From: a virus
Reading direction: 5' to 3' (one strand)
IMG/VR virus record: IMGVR_UViG_3300027857_000016
Span: 1 to 64,000 of that record
DNA length: 64,000 nucleotides
Position 1 is the stretch's first letter, and each line of letters starts with the position of its first letter. A program made the position numbers and the translations under genes. This document shows, in pieces, positions 26,830 through 37,800 of this stretch. The notes beneath the pieces were generated by a model, which saw only the letters and a program-made list of their open reading frames with translations, searched no databases and was not told the DNA's origin.

Positions 26830-27273
26830 ATGGATACATGGAAGAGGTGCTACGTGGTGGTTGAGATGAGACGCATTACTCTCAAGGATCTCCCTGTCTA
26901 CCCTCTCTACGATGAGCTATACCTCAGTCACGGGCATACGCGTTTGCAGGTGGATTGGTTGCTCCAGAACGGCACGCTCTATCGCTCTCTTCCTGTGTTT
27001 GTTCCAGACGACCCGTTTGGCGATACCTCCTGGTATCACGAGATGTTTTATCGGGATGGGGTCTACACGTTTGTGAAGTATGCGCCAGGCTATCATGCTG
27101 ATGATGAACCCGACCCGTCCAAAGTGACGATGAGGCAATACAAGACGCTGAATGAGTTGTTCGAGGGCGAGCAGGTGAGGAATATAGCCGATTGTGCTCA
27201 TGATGTGAGTGATCCTGGGTGGCACTGGACACATTACGCGCCTGCAGTCCTGGTGAGTGGAGGTCGTGAGTGA
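26830..27273 (+). CDS. Hypothetical protein
   Basis: 147 aa ORF; start uncertain. Confidence 0.55.
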   Translation: MDTWKRCYVVVEMRRITLKDLPVYPLYDELYLSHGHTRLQVDWLLQNGTLYRSLPVFVPDDPFGDTSWYHEMFYRDGVYTFVKYAPGYHADDEPDPSKVTMRQYKTLNELFEGEQVRNIADCAHDVSDPGWHWTHYAPAVLVSGGRE

Positions 27274-27386
27274 TGGTTATCACAGGTGAGATGCTAGTGC
27301 AAGCGGCGTTGACGGCATTCTTTGTGGTGTTCTTCTTAGCGATTATCTCGTTGTTGTTTGGACGCTGGATGTGGCCCAAGCCGTAG
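27273..27386 (+). CDS. Small single-TM protein (37 aa)
   Basis: Manual translation MVITGEMLVQAALTAFFVVFFLAIISLLFGRWMWPKP; GGAGG RBS. Confidence 0.5.
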   Translation: MVITGEMLVQAALTAFFVVFFLAIISLLFGRWMWPKP

Positions 27387-27408
27387 GCAATTCACTAGGG
27401 TGGAATAG

Positions 27409-27981
27409 GTGGTAGGTGTGGCGGAGAAGTATGGGCAAGTGCAACTGGAAGAAACGCCTAAATCAGCAGCAGCATTCTATGAGTACTGTTTGCTCGGTGC
27501 TGATCGCAGTTTAGCAAAACTTGCTCAAAAACTCGGTAAGTCAACGGCATATATACGGTGTCTGGAAACGTGGTCATCGCACAATAGGTGGCAGGAACGG
27601 GTCAGAGAATATGACGCTGAGCAGGCAAGATTTCAAGGAGAAGCCATCCTCCAGGAGCGTACAAAAATCCTCAAATTTCGTTATGCGCTTATGCACAAGC
27701 GCATTGAACAACTTGACCGCATAGCACAAAAACTCCTCGATTATGCCGAAGACGAAGAAAAAGTATGGCTCCCCGATGTGAAAGCTATTGGCAATGGACC
27801 AGGCGCTGAACGTGTTGATCTAGTGCAGTTCAACGATGCCCTCTTCCGAGAAATCCGTGCGCACTTTGCCGATATCGCATCTGAACTGGGTGAGCGTGTC
27901 AAAAAGACCGATACCACCGTTACGGTAATCCCAAAGACCTACCTTGATCTTGATCCTGATGAGGACGGGAGCGAAGAGTGA
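27409..27981 (+). CDS. terS: Terminase small subunit (probable)
   Basis: ETPKS..AFYEY..LG..RSL..LA...WS...W.ER...YD HTH pattern; GTGA-coupled to TerL. Confidence 0.7.
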   Translation: MVGVAEKYGQVQLEETPKSAAAFYEYCLLGADRSLAKLAQKLGKSTAYIRCLETWSSHNRWQERVREYDAEQARFQGEAILQERTKILKFRYALMHKRIEQLDRIAQKLLDYAEDEEKVWLPDVKAIGNGPGAERVDLVQFNDALFREIRAHFADIASELGERVKKTDTTVTVIPKTYLDLDPDEDGSEE

Positions 27982-29384
27982 TGGGAGCAGTGATGAGCGC
28001 TCCGAAAGAGCAACGACCCTACAAGCGATACGGTGCTGCATTGACTGCATGGAAATCTCGACGGCGTGAGCTGGTGCTTTCTGGTCCTGCTGGAACTGGC
28101 AAGAGTCGCGCCTGTTTAGAGAAACTTCACTTCTGCGCTGACAAATATGCTGGCATGCGTGGGTTGATCGTGCGTAAAACACGGACCAGTGTCACGCAAA
28201 CAGCAATGGTGACATTCGAGCAGAAAGTGTTACCTGAAGGGTGGCTTGGAAACATTATCCACTTTCGCTCAAGCGAGCAAGAGTATCGATATCCCAACGG
28301 CTCCATTATTGCCGTTGGCGGGCTAGATAAATCATCCAAGATCATGAGTTCCGAGTGGGACATGATCTATGTACAAGAGGCAACAGAACTAAGCGAGGAT
28401 GGATGGGAATCGCTGACCACACGCTTACGTAATAATGTGATGCCTTATCAACAACTTCTTGCTGACTGTAACCCTGGACCTCCTACCCACTGGCTCAAAC
28501 TTCGCGCTGATCGTGGTCTTGTGTTGATGTTGGAGTCCAGACACGAGGATAATCCCTCCGTTACTCCTGAGTATATTGCTACCCTGGATGCACTCACAGG
28601 TGTGCGCTATCTCCGTTTACGCAAAGGAATATGGGCAGCGGCTGAGGGATTGGTATATGAGGAGTGGAATCCCGCCATACATAAAGTCTCACGCTCGAAG
28701 CTGGTGGAATGGCAGATCCTTACATCGACAGGGGCGATGAATCGTAATGGAGCAAGGCGGGTTATTGCTGGTGTGGACTGGGGATGGAAGAATCCTGGAA
28801 CCATCCTCGTTTTTGCTCTAGATGCTGATGATCGTTTGTTTCTCATCCACGAGGTGTATCGAACACAGCGTACAGATGACTGGTGGACAGAGCAAGCGGT
28901 GCAACTCAAGAAGATGTATGGCATTAGTGAGTTCATCTGTGATCCTGCTATGCCTGCCTATATCGCCAAGTTCAAGCTCGCAGGCTTAAATGCTATCGAG
29001 GCGAACAATGAGATCGCCGCTGGTGTCAACGATATGCGCGAATGTCTCCAGATAGCCAGCGATGGACGACCGCGTTTTTATGTCTACGAATATGCGCTGA
29101 GAGATCGTGATGAGACACGTGTTGAGAAGTATCTCCCGTTTTGTTTCGATGGGGAAATCTTGGAGTATGTGTGGCCGAAAGATCAGGAGGGGAAACCCGT
29201 TAAGGAATTACCAGTAGCGGTGAACAATCATGCGTTAGACGCCTCTCGCTACGTATGCCGGTGGTTGAGTAAAGACACGCCCTCATCAGCACACCATCTT
29301 TTGGCAATAAATCGTCGTGTTGAGTTGGACAGGAGAAGAAGGGTACAACCTATCCAGTCAGTGCAAAGAGGATGGCCGCAATGA
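27978..29384 (+). CDS. terL: Terminase large subunit (PBSX-like)
   Basis: Walker A GPAGTGKS, Walker B IYVQEA, CNP, RNase H-like GVDWG and NHALDASRY. Confidence 0.95.
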   Translation: MMGAVMSAPKEQRPYKRYGAALTAWKSRRRELVLSGPAGTGKSRACLEKLHFCADKYAGMRGLIVRKTRTSVTQTAMVTFEQKVLPEGWLGNIIHFRSSEQEYRYPNGSIIAVGGLDKSSKIMSSEWDMIYVQEATELSEDGWESLTTRLRNNVMPYQQLLADCNPGPPTHWLKLRADRGLVLMLESRHEDNPSVTPEYIATLDALTGVRYLRLRKGIWAAAEGLVYEEWNPAIHKVSRSKLVEWQILTSTGAMNRNGARRVIAGVDWGWKNPGTILVFALDADDRLFLIHEVYRTQRTDDWWTEQAVQLKKMYGISEFICDPAMPAYIAKFKLAGLNAIEANNEIAAGVNDMRECLQIASDGRPRFYVYEYALRDRDETRVEKYLPFCFDGEILEYVWPKDQEGKPVKELPVAVNNHALDASRYVCRWLSKDTPSSAHHLLAINRRVELDRRRRVQPIQSVQRGWPQ

Positions 29385-29656
29385 GCAAGGTTAACCTCTC
29401 GGAGTGGACACCGGAGCAAATTGACGAGTTTGAACAGCTCTTCCGTGACCTCAAAAAGATCTATGGGAACGAACCACTCGCATTGACGCCAGAACAAAGA
29501 GACATCGCTGTTCAATTGGGATTGATACCTCCCTTATCAGTAAAGGTAGAGGTGGATTTCAAAGGGGAAAAATGTCGGGGGTTTCTTCATTTGGATGACA
29601 ATGATGTCTACAGGGGGATGGTATATCTAGTTGAAGAGGAGAAAGAAATTCAATGA
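29381..29656 (+). CDS. Hypothetical protein (paralog of 33210-33494)
   Basis: NLSEW..QID.FEQ...PEQR.IA.QLG...PLSVKVEV...VYRG shared. Confidence 0.7.
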   Translation: MSKVNLSEWTPEQIDEFEQLFRDLKKIYGNEPLALTPEQRDIAVQLGLIPPLSVKVEVDFKGEKCRGFLHLDDNDVYRGMVYLVEEEKEIQ

Positions 29657-30312
29657 CAGAAGTACAAACCGAGCAAACATCTTTAGACCAAATCAATACA
29701 CCACTGAAAACCAATGTGATCTTTATCATCGACGAATCTGGTTCGATGGCATCTGCCGCCAGTGACGTACGAGGCGGGTTTAACACCTATGTCCAGACGC
29801 TGAAAGATGATAGCAACGAGTACTCTCTCACCGCTCTCAAGTTTGGGACAAATGTAAGACCCTTGTTTACTAATTTACCACTCAGTCAGGTACCAGAACT
29901 CACGGTAGCGAACTATAGACCGCTAGATGGGACTGCCCTCTATGACGCCATTGGGTATGGGTTCGCCTCCACGAAACAGCAGTCCACTGATCCGGTGAAG
30001 CCAGATGAAGCCGAGCGGTATCTGATGATCATTATGACTGATGGCTTCGAGAACTCTTCCCGTGAGTTTGACAAGGAGACCATTGTCAAGAAGATGAAAG
30101 AGCATGAGGCATCTGGATACTGGACGTTCGTGTATCTGGGAGCAGATCAAGATGCATGGCCTATTGCATCCCAGTTGGGATTTGCTCAGGGGAATGTGAT
30201 GAGTTACGCCAGTGCTGATACCGGTTCAACGTTCTCTGAATTAGCATCATCAACCACAACTACCAGCAGTTCTGGACACGCACAGACGCGCCGCTTCTTT
30301 GGCGGGAAATAA
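29653..30312 (+). CDS. von Willebrand factor A domain protein
   Basis: MIDAS DESGSM, TALYDAIG, IMTDGFENSS, FVYLGA. Confidence 0.92.
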   Translation: MTEVQTEQTSLDQINTPLKTNVIFIIDESGSMASAASDVRGGFNTYVQTLKDDSNEYSLTALKFGTNVRPLFTNLPLSQVPELTVANYRPLDGTALYDAIGYGFASTKQQSTDPVKPDEAERYLMIIMTDGFENSSREFDKETIVKKMKEHEASGYWTFVYLGADQDAWPIASQLGFAQGNVMSYASADTGSTFSELASSTTTTSSSGHAQTRRFFGGK

Positions 30313-30314
30313 TA

Positions 30315-30710
30315 ATGGATGAGTTCATACGAGATGTCATCACCAAACTGACACAAGCGCGAGTCAATGCTGGTCTGACACAGGCTGAAGTGGCCGAGCG
30401 CATGGGGACAAAACAAGCGTCTATTGCTCGGATGGAGAATGCTCTCAATGGGTCATTCTCTCTACGTCGGATAGCTGACTACGCCCTAGCGTGCGGGGTA
30501 GTTCCATGTCAGTTTGCCCATAATGAACCTTTAGAGTTTCATCTCATTTCTTTGGAACTTGCCTATGAGTTCACCCTTGTTGATCCACAAAAGCCAATGA
30601 CATGGAAGAATTTCACGGCGTGGGTGTCAAAGCGAGTCTGGGAAGGTGCCCCGCCTGTGTATACTGTGTCGAGTACGTGGCATTGGGATGGGAGGAGTAT
30701 AGCGGCATGA
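30315..30710 (+). CDS. XRE-family HTH protein
   Basis: ARVNAGLTQAEVAERMGTKQASIARME. Confidence 0.85.
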   Translation: MDEFIRDVITKLTQARVNAGLTQAEVAERMGTKQASIARMENALNGSFSLRRIADYALACGVVPCQFAHNEPLEFHLISLELAYEFTLVDPQKPMTWKNFTAWVSKRVWEGAPPVYTVSSTWHWDGRSIAA

Positions 30711-31087
30711 GTGATGAGAAGAACCTCGTCATGGCACCAATGAAGGTGAAGAACCTCTGCATCATTGAGTGGTGCTATCTCTGCAACAAGGCAAAGGCAG
30801 CATCCTACACGCTTGTCGATGCCTCTCATAGTGCGGATGAGGGTGTGCAAGATCTTCCATCAATGTGCTCTTGTGAATGGTGGGGGCAAAACTTCACGAC
30901 GAGTCATGTGGGATGGAACCCGTCGCCTAGTACTTACCATGTGGTACAACCTCCTCCTGTCACTCCTACCTACTCATTCAAAGCCTATCAACTCACGGAG
31001 TATGATCTGCAGCGTATACGGCAGATAGTTGCTGAAGAGGTCAAGAATGTGTTGCAAGCAGTGAAGGAGGGGCATGCTGGTGAGTAG
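30707..31087 (+). CDS. Hypothetical protein (Cys cluster)
   Basis: ATGA overlap; GGAGGAG RBS. Confidence 0.55.
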   Translation: MSDEKNLVMAPMKVKNLCIIEWCYLCNKAKAASYTLVDASHSADEGVQDLPSMCSCEWWGQNFTTSHVGWNPSPSTYHVVQPPPVTPTYSFKAYQLTEYDLQRIRQIVAEEVKNVLQAVKEGHAGE

Positions 31088-31355
31088 CAAGAACACAGTA
31101 TGGATCAGCGACCCGACCACTGGTCGCTTGTTACAATCTGAACCCGTGTCGGGTACTGTTGTGGTTACAGCACGTCTGGTACAAGAGGATATTGAAGTGA
31201 TACGCCATATTGTTGAGGAAGTGGTTGAGAAGGCGTTTCGGAAATGGCTTGATACCAATCTTGCAGTCGATGAGTTTGCCTATGAGCATCTCCGCGACAT
31301 GGCGAAAGCATCTTTGCCTATGAGTGACGAGAGACTTGCTGGGATGGACTCATAG
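31074..31355 (+). CDS. Hypothetical protein
   Basis: GGAGG RBS. Confidence 0.55.
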   Translation: MLVSSKNTVWISDPTTGRLLQSEPVSGTVVVTARLVQEDIEVIRHIVEEVVEKAFRKWLDTNLAVDEFAYEHLRDMAKASLPMSDERLAGMDS

Positions 31356-31380
31356 CAGTGCTGAGAGTGGGAGGTGTGAT

Positions 31381-31914
31381 GTGGCAGAGAAACATGAAGG
31401 CGGAGACAACCGAGCATTTGAGCAGAAACGGATAGCAGGCGTCCAGAAGCCTCGTCTGTTTCAGCATGTCCCTCATCCTCATGTCCCTCACAATGTGAAC
31501 CTCCTCCATGAGGCAGAGAAGGCCAGCTCCTCGCTTAACGACAGGATTGCTATTGCATTGACCAAAGGTGTGGGGAGTATGACTTGTGCCTATATCTTCG
31601 CTGTCCTGGCTCTCCTGGGGTTGCCGGGTTTGCTTCCACCTGTTGTTGCGCAGTGGGTCCAGTGGATCTCTCAGACATTCATTCAACTTGTCATGTTGAG
31701 CATTATCATGGTTGGTACTGGACTCTTGGGACGACATCAGGAACTGCAATCGGACGAGCAATTTGAGACAACAACGAAAACGTACAACGATATCGGGCAA
31801 ATCATCGAACATCTTGGGAAACAGGATGAAGAGTTACTCAAGCATACCGCTATTCTCACCGCAATAGCACAGATGATGAGTGGAGAGGGAACACATGGCG
31901 ATTCCACCAAATAA
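31381..31914 (+). CDS. DUF1003-like two-TM membrane protein
   Basis: NDRIA..LT..VGSM..AYIF; W..WISQTFIQLVMLSIIMVG; coiled-coil tail. Confidence 0.7.
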   Translation: MAEKHEGGDNRAFEQKRIAGVQKPRLFQHVPHPHVPHNVNLLHEAEKASSSLNDRIAIALTKGVGSMTCAYIFAVLALLGLPGLLPPVVAQWVQWISQTFIQLVMLSIIMVGTGLLGRHQELQSDEQFETTTKTYNDIGQIIEHLGKQDEELLKHTAILTAIAQMMSGEGTHGDSTK

Positions 31915-32350
31915 ACCGAAGAATGGAGGCGATCCACCTCGCCCAATTCTGTTGCATCGTATGAGGCGATTTGTTGTGACGTTCAACAATCGGAAGAAGA
32001 GGGGTGCCTACCCTGCTCAGTCTCATACTGCTGAAGGGTGCGTTGCGACCAATGGAGAGGTTGCCATTTTTACCGATGACTTCCATAGACGTGGATTTCG
32101 CAGTGTAAGTGAGATGTGCAGCGCATTAGAAGAGTATGGGGACTGCAACGTGTCCTGGGTGCCTGAGAATGGGTTGACCGCGCTCTCTCCTGTGACCCGT
32201 CGCCTCCTCTCCCAATTTATCGTAGAAGCCTTTCAGGAGGGTAGGGTACAGGATACCCTCACCCGTTTTGCCGTTCCTCCTGACACGATGAAAGGCGCGA
32301 TTGAGGAGTTGAAGCAGTTGATGGTGGAACTACAGGAGAAGCCAGTATGA
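31895..32350 (+). CDS. Hypothetical phage protein (AEG-motif family)
   Basis: RRF...AEGCV..NGEVA...S..E pattern shared with 40204-40530. Confidence 0.6.
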   Translation: MAIPPNKPKNGGDPPRPILLHRMRRFVVTFNNRKKRGAYPAQSHTAEGCVATNGEVAIFTDDFHRRGFRSVSEMCSALEEYGDCNVSWVPENGLTALSPVTRRLLSQFIVEAFQEGRVQDTLTRFAVPPDTMKGAIEELKQLMVELQEKPV

Positions 32351-32703
32351 GTGATCTCACCGTGAACCCTGACTTCAAGGTGGACACACGGGAACGCCTC
32401 ATCACCATCTCTAACAAGGATGCGGTGATCTTGATCTGCCCCATCTGCGGCAATACCAAGAATGTCTTTCTCCACGCCATTCCGCTGCATAGCGAGATGG
32501 AGCCACAAGCGCGACTCAAGACGGGCATGATTCAATACCCGTTCTTCCAGCAATGTCACTGCAACAAGCAGACACCTGTCGTAGACCTGCAAAAGATATT
32601 GCGAGATATCTCAACGGCTCTTGCTACCTGTAAGACCATCGATGATGCTCAACGCCTGTTGCAGACACTGGCGAGCCGTGAGGAAATGAAGGAGTCATCA
32701 TGA
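32347..32703 (+). CDS. Hypothetical zinc-binding protein
   Basis: CPICG...CHC; ATGA overlap. Confidence 0.6.
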   Translation: MSDLTVNPDFKVDTRERLITISNKDAVILICPICGNTKNVFLHAIPLHSEMEPQARLKTGMIQYPFFQQCHCNKQTPVVDLQKILRDISTALATCKTIDDAQRLLQTLASREEMKESS

Positions 32704-32942
32704 GCAAAGCTAAACAAGCGGCGCAGCGTCTTGCTCGTATCAAGCTGCGCTCTATTAGGCGATGGCGCTGCCAAGTCTGTAAAGGTGTCCGTCGAGTGGA
32801 GCCAGAACGCACAGATGAGATCCCGGTGGAACTGGAGGGATGTCACTGGTGCGTCTGTGGCGAGCATAATGAATACCGAGCACATATTGAGGCATGGCGG
32901 AATTGGTTAGTAGCGCGAGGGAACAAGGTAGCAGCATTATGA
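32700..32942 (+). CDS. Hypothetical zinc-binding protein
   Basis: CQVC...CHWC; ATGA overlap. Confidence 0.55.
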   Translation: MSKAKQAAQRLARIKLRSIRRWRCQVCKGVRRVEPERTDEIPVELEGCHWCVCGEHNEYRAHIEAWRNWLVARGNKVAAL

Positions 32943-33220
32943 GGTGGTTCTGGCAGAGAGAAGCGCAACCGAAAGACGAGCATCCTATGCAGGAGATCTG
33001 GGATGAACTTGAAGAAGGTGGCAGTGGGCAATCGAATAGCGCATTGCTTACTCTGATGAAGTCATTGGAGAGACAACTGCCTATCTCACCGCTCACATGT
33101 TTACCCTATGATCCTGCGCTCATCAGGTATGATCCACCGCAGGGTGGGAGTGTTATTGCTCCTCCTCCTATGTCACGCGTTGACCATAGGTTGATTGGGT
33201 ACAAGAAATATGAGCGATGA
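32939..33220 (+). CDS. Hypothetical protein
   Basis: ATGA overlap. Confidence 0.5.
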   Translation: MRWFWQREAQPKDEHPMQEIWDELEEGGSGQSNSALLTLMKSLERQLPISPLTCLPYDPALIRYDPPQGGSVIAPPPMSRVDHRLIGYKKYER

Positions 33221-33494
33221 TGTAGGGATGGATGCTCTCAACCTTTCAGAGTGGAATGCCGATCAGATTGACCACTTTGAGCAAGTCATCCTGGCACTCA
33301 AGGAGATGAACGGCGATAAACCGTTTGCACTACGACCAGAGCAGAGAGCAATTGCCATCCAGTTGGGGATTCTAGAGCCATTATCCGTAAAGGTGGAAGT
33401 GATGCTTGAGGGAAAGCCGTACACAGGGACATTGCACCAAGATGGTGATGTGTATCGAGGTGAGGTCTGCTTGGTAGAAGGTAAGAGCGTATGA
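33210..33494 (+). CDS. Hypothetical protein (paralog of 29381-29656)
   Basis: Clear full-length similarity. Confidence 0.7.
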   Translation: MSDDVGMDALNLSEWNADQIDHFEQVILALKEMNGDKPFALRPEQRAIAIQLGILEPLSVKVEVMLEGKPYTGTLHQDGDVYRGEVCLVEGKSV

Positions 33495-34072
33495 GTGAGT
33501 ATAGATTTGAGATTGTGAAGGACCAAGACGTTGACTGTTTGCATGTCCTGGTTGGTGATGAGGAGATTGTTGACGCTTCTATCCCACTTTGCGATATCCA
33601 GACAGCAATGTACCATGCTGGAGTCAAATGGGATCTGCCTAGTGTAGGGCGTATCAAGATCAGCGCTGGTGGTATTGAACAGTATAAAAATGGTTTACGA
33701 GTCTGTTTTCCTCAATTTGATTTCTGCCAGTCAATGATTACTGATGCTGATACCGGTCAATGCCTAAGTTTTGTGAACGGTATAGAGATCAGTAGCACCA
33801 TCCCTCATGGCACGATTGTCAAACTCTTAGTCGCAGATTTTGAGTTAGATTGCCATATCCAGCAGCAGTTGAAACGTACTGGTGATTGGCGAATAGAAGA
33901 TGCGCGAGCGAGCATCAAAGATCTGCAGCATCAACTTGAGGATATTGATAAGTGGTCTGAGATGCTGCGATTCAAGATCCAACAGTTGGAAGCAAAGCAA
34001 ACTGGATTACTTACTCTTGCAGATATTGACCAGTGGATGGACATGATGTCTGAGGAAAAGAGTGAAACATGA
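33491..34072 (+). CDS. Hypothetical protein with coiled coil
   Basis: ATGA overlap. Confidence 0.6.
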   Translation: MSEYRFEIVKDQDVDCLHVLVGDEEIVDASIPLCDIQTAMYHAGVKWDLPSVGRIKISAGGIEQYKNGLRVCFPQFDFCQSMITDADTGQCLSFVNGIEISSTIPHGTIVKLLVADFELDCHIQQQLKRTGDWRIEDARASIKDLQHQLEDIDKWSEMLRFKIQQLEAKQTGLLTLADIDQWMDMMSEEKSET

Positions 34073-34317
34073 TACAAGAAGACCCATCTCAAATAAGACA
34101 ACGCATGGCTCTTGCCACTGCTGTCCGTAATGCCGCCACACATCAGTGCATTTTCACCGTAGATGGCTCAGAGTACGCCTATATAGATGGAGCACTTTAT
34201 AGGGTAACACCTGGCACGTCGCAGTTCCAGCGTGGATATGCTCCGGTTTCCCTACGCGTTGAAGAACTATTTGGGATGTCAGATGAGGATATTTGGGTAA
34301 GGGTGATGGGGGAGTAA
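34069..34317 (+). CDS. Hypothetical protein
   Basis: ATGA overlap. Confidence 0.55.
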   Translation: MIQEDPSQIRQRMALATAVRNAATHQCIFTVDGSEYAYIDGALYRVTPGTSQFQRGYAPVSLRVEELFGMSDEDIWVRVMGE

Positions 34318-34321
34318 GCAC

Positions 34322-34786
34322 ATGACGACAACGTGGCCAATAGAGATAGACACAACCAAAGATGAGCAAGAGCAAAACCGTATATGGATTCGGAACTATT
34401 TGTCTTACTTAGGGTATGATATCGAAGAATCATGCCCTCTTTTGGATGAGATCTATTCGCTTTATATGGGCAATAAGCTGCGTATTGGGAGACATGAGAA
34501 AAACGGTCGCCTCCCACTCATCTGCAACAACGAAAATAAGACCTCATTACGTAAGGACAAAAATCTCTATAGATGGGATAGCGGGCACCTCCTCCTTTGG
34601 CCCATTCATATTGTTTTGTGGAGATATAAATGGTGGCGAGAAGAATATGGTCCAAAACTCTGCTCTGGGAAGCGGGTAGTTGATTACACACAAGAAGGTG
34701 TACAGATCTTTGCTTGGAGTGTGCGTTTGGGACCAGTCGGAATAAGCGCTCGCACCGAATCGAAAATACGATGGTCATTCTGTTGA
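34322..34786 (+). CDS. Hypothetical protein
   Basis: GGGAG RBS. Confidence 0.55.
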   Translation: MTTTWPIEIDTTKDEQEQNRIWIRNYLSYLGYDIEESCPLLDEIYSLYMGNKLRIGRHEKNGRLPLICNNENKTSLRKDKNLYRWDSGHLLLWPIHIVLWRYKWWREEYGPKLCSGKRVVDYTQEGVQIFAWSVRLGPVGISARTESKIRWSFC

Positions 34787-34827
34787 TTGCGACGTAGGGA
34801 TGATGTGAGTGTAGTGGAGGTGGAAGC

Positions 34828-37800
34828 GTGAGCAGGCGAAAATTCCGAAAAAAGCAGATGACCCTGGATAGAGCAAACCAGATGGCTCTGCCTGGTGGGG
34901 CAATGATGTATGTACCTCCAGGGGGCGCACAGTCAACCTATTCGCAGACGTTTTACGGGTCTCGCACAAAAAATACTCCCACAGGTCAAGTAGCACTTTT
35001 CACACCTGGAAGTCCATTGCAGCCGCAGCAAGGGATAAACCCTAATGGGCAACCCATTGCTTACCGTTATCCTTTCTCCTTCAATACGTTCCCGGTTGAC
35101 CGTACAAGTCAAAACCCTGATATACCCTCTTTTCAGCAGTTACGCAACTTAGCGAAACTCTACAATGGAGTGACTCTTTGCGAACGCTGTTGGCTTGATC
35201 TCGTCCCTCGGATGAAACTCAAAATTGAACTCAAACCTGAATATGCGGCGCTTGGTGCCGATGAAAAAGACTATCAGGCAGACATTTCTTACTTCCTCAC
35301 CTGGTTTGAGTCTCCTGATAAGATGCATGACCTCCACTCATGGCTTCGCATGTGTCTCCGCGAGCAAACTCAAATTGATGAACTATACATCTACAAACGG
35401 AAGAAGCGTGGTGGTGGTTTACATGCATTAGAGTTGGTTGCAGGCGATCAGGTCAAACCACTGCTTGATGATTGGGGCAAGATCCCGCAGCCACCTGATT
35501 TTGCCTACCAGCAATATCCCTGGGGCATACCGGGCGCATGGTTCAGATCCGATGAGATGATCCACTATCAGGAGTCTCCTGCTGCCGATAATCCTTACGG
35601 TCAGAGTCGTGTTGAGCGCATTATCATGCTGGTCAACCAGGGTCTCCGCAAGCAAAAGAAAGACCTCTCACACTTCACTGAAGGGAACATTCCGAGCGGC
35701 ATGATGCTTGTCCCGGATGATGCCACCTGGACACCAGATCAAATTGACGCCTTTGAGCAAGCCTGGAACGCGTTACTCGCAGGAAATGCACAGCAACAAG
35801 TACGGATGAGATTTACCCAACCAGGGATGAAGTATCAACCATTCGAGCAGTATGGGCTTGATCCAACCTTTGACAAGTTCATTCTCAACATTGCCGTGAG
35901 CGCGTACGGCATGAGTATGCAGGATCTGGCGTTTACTGAGGATATCCATAAGAGCAGTGGTGACTCTCAACAAAATGTCACGTATAGGCGTACCATTGAT
36001 CCTCTCGCCGTAGTGTACGCCTCCTTCCTCACCCAGTCCATGAATACTGACTTCCCACCTGAGTATCATGGTGAGATGTTTCAAGCGAGCTTTGGGGGCT
36101 ATGATGAGGAGGAAGATGTATCTGAGTTAGCAGGTGCATATAGTACATTAGTGACATCAGGTATTCTTGGCATTACCAATGCTGGCAAACTGCTGAAACT
36201 CCCTGATGATCCGAATGCTCCCTACATTGGTCGGATCTTGGTTACCAAAGACGGACCCGTGTTCCTCGACGATATGGCGAGCGACAAGATGCGCAATGCT
36301 CAAATGCAGGCACAAATGGCAGGGTACAAACAAGCTAGTAGTCCACAACAACCCGCACAGAATCAACAGAAGACTGGAGAAGAAGAGCAGCAATCGAAGG
36401 AGAACGAGCAGAAGACGCCTGAGAACGAGCCTGCTGACCAGACAGCATCCACTACGCCACAAAATAGCGATGAACATGAGAGTGAGCAAGAGACCGAAAC
36501 GCCCGAAGAGACGGCTGAACATGAGAATGAGATCTCGACCTTGCTCAAGCAGGATACAAGCGAGCCATTTACGCAACTTGAGCGTATGATCGATGTTTTT
36601 GAGCGGCATGAGCCTGGTGGACACGATCATGATCAGAAAACGCATGGAGACTTCGCCCATCCAGGATATGGCGCAAAGCACGACAAGACACCAGCCAATC
36701 AGGAGGCGATGCAGGCTGAAGCAAAAGCACAACCGGCGATCCAGGCGGCAGACAAGGCAGTACAGGCTGCCCAGGCCAAAGTCAATCAAGCAGAAGTGGC
36801 ACTGGCAGGTGCGGCAACCCCTGCCGCAAAGGCACAGGCAAGAGCAGCGCTGGACCAGGCACGTACCGACCTCAGAAAAGCAAAAGATGCACTTCTCATG
36901 GAAAAAGCAAAGGCGAAGGATGCGGCAACAGCAGAGCGGGCAAAAGCCAAACAGGAAGCGCAGAAACTGGCGGCAGAGAAAAAAGCTGCTGCCGCCAAGC
37001 TGCATGCACAAAAGATGAAAGCACACCTACAGAAACAGGCACAAGCAGCATCCGCCAAAGCCGCGAGAATGCAGGCAACCGCACAACACAAGGCTCAGAT
37101 TGCCGCAGGGAGAGCGGCCAAGTCTGCTGCGAAGTCTGGGAAAGCGCAGGCTCACGCACAACTTCAGGCTGCCAAACAGCAGCAGAAGGCGGCGAAGGTG
37201 TTGGCATCATTGGTCAATACGTTGGGAGCGAAGGCAACACTCTATAATGCGCTAGCAGGACGCAAACTCTCGAAGACCTGGAATGCGCAGGACTCCCAGG
37301 ATGCTTCAGCTATTGCCAGTGACTTCCATGCCCTGATCGAGATGGTCAATTCTCATGCCAACGAAGGGAACGCAAAGGCACTTGTTCAACAATTAACGCA
37401 ATCGGTAAGTAAGTTACAGGGACAAAAGGGAATCACCTCTGCGAGGTCTGCGGCATTGGATAAGTTGATAGCGCGTATCCAGTCCCAACTAGCGCTCAAT
37501 CGCTCAGTTGGAGACGATAACAGTGACGAGTGGCTCTATGACGATCCAGAAGAGGATGAACGGTTTGATGATGAGGAAATTGACGAAGAAGCAGGAATTG
37601 AAGAAAGACGCTACACGATTGGCGAACTCCTTCACCTCCTCCAGGAACAGATGCAAGCGAAGGCGACAGATCAAAGAGATGGAACGGATCTTGAGCAACC
37701 CATCAAAGCGCGATCAGTTGATACAGGAAATGGCAATACGAAGCACGCCACTTCGTCCAATGACGAGACCTCGGATTACAAGCGATGGAGGGGACGAGCC

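Noticed and set aside
36157-37210. Long antisense and alternate-frame ORFs over the portal extension
   Set aside because: Shadow ORFs caused by GCA/AAA/CAG-rich repetitive coding.
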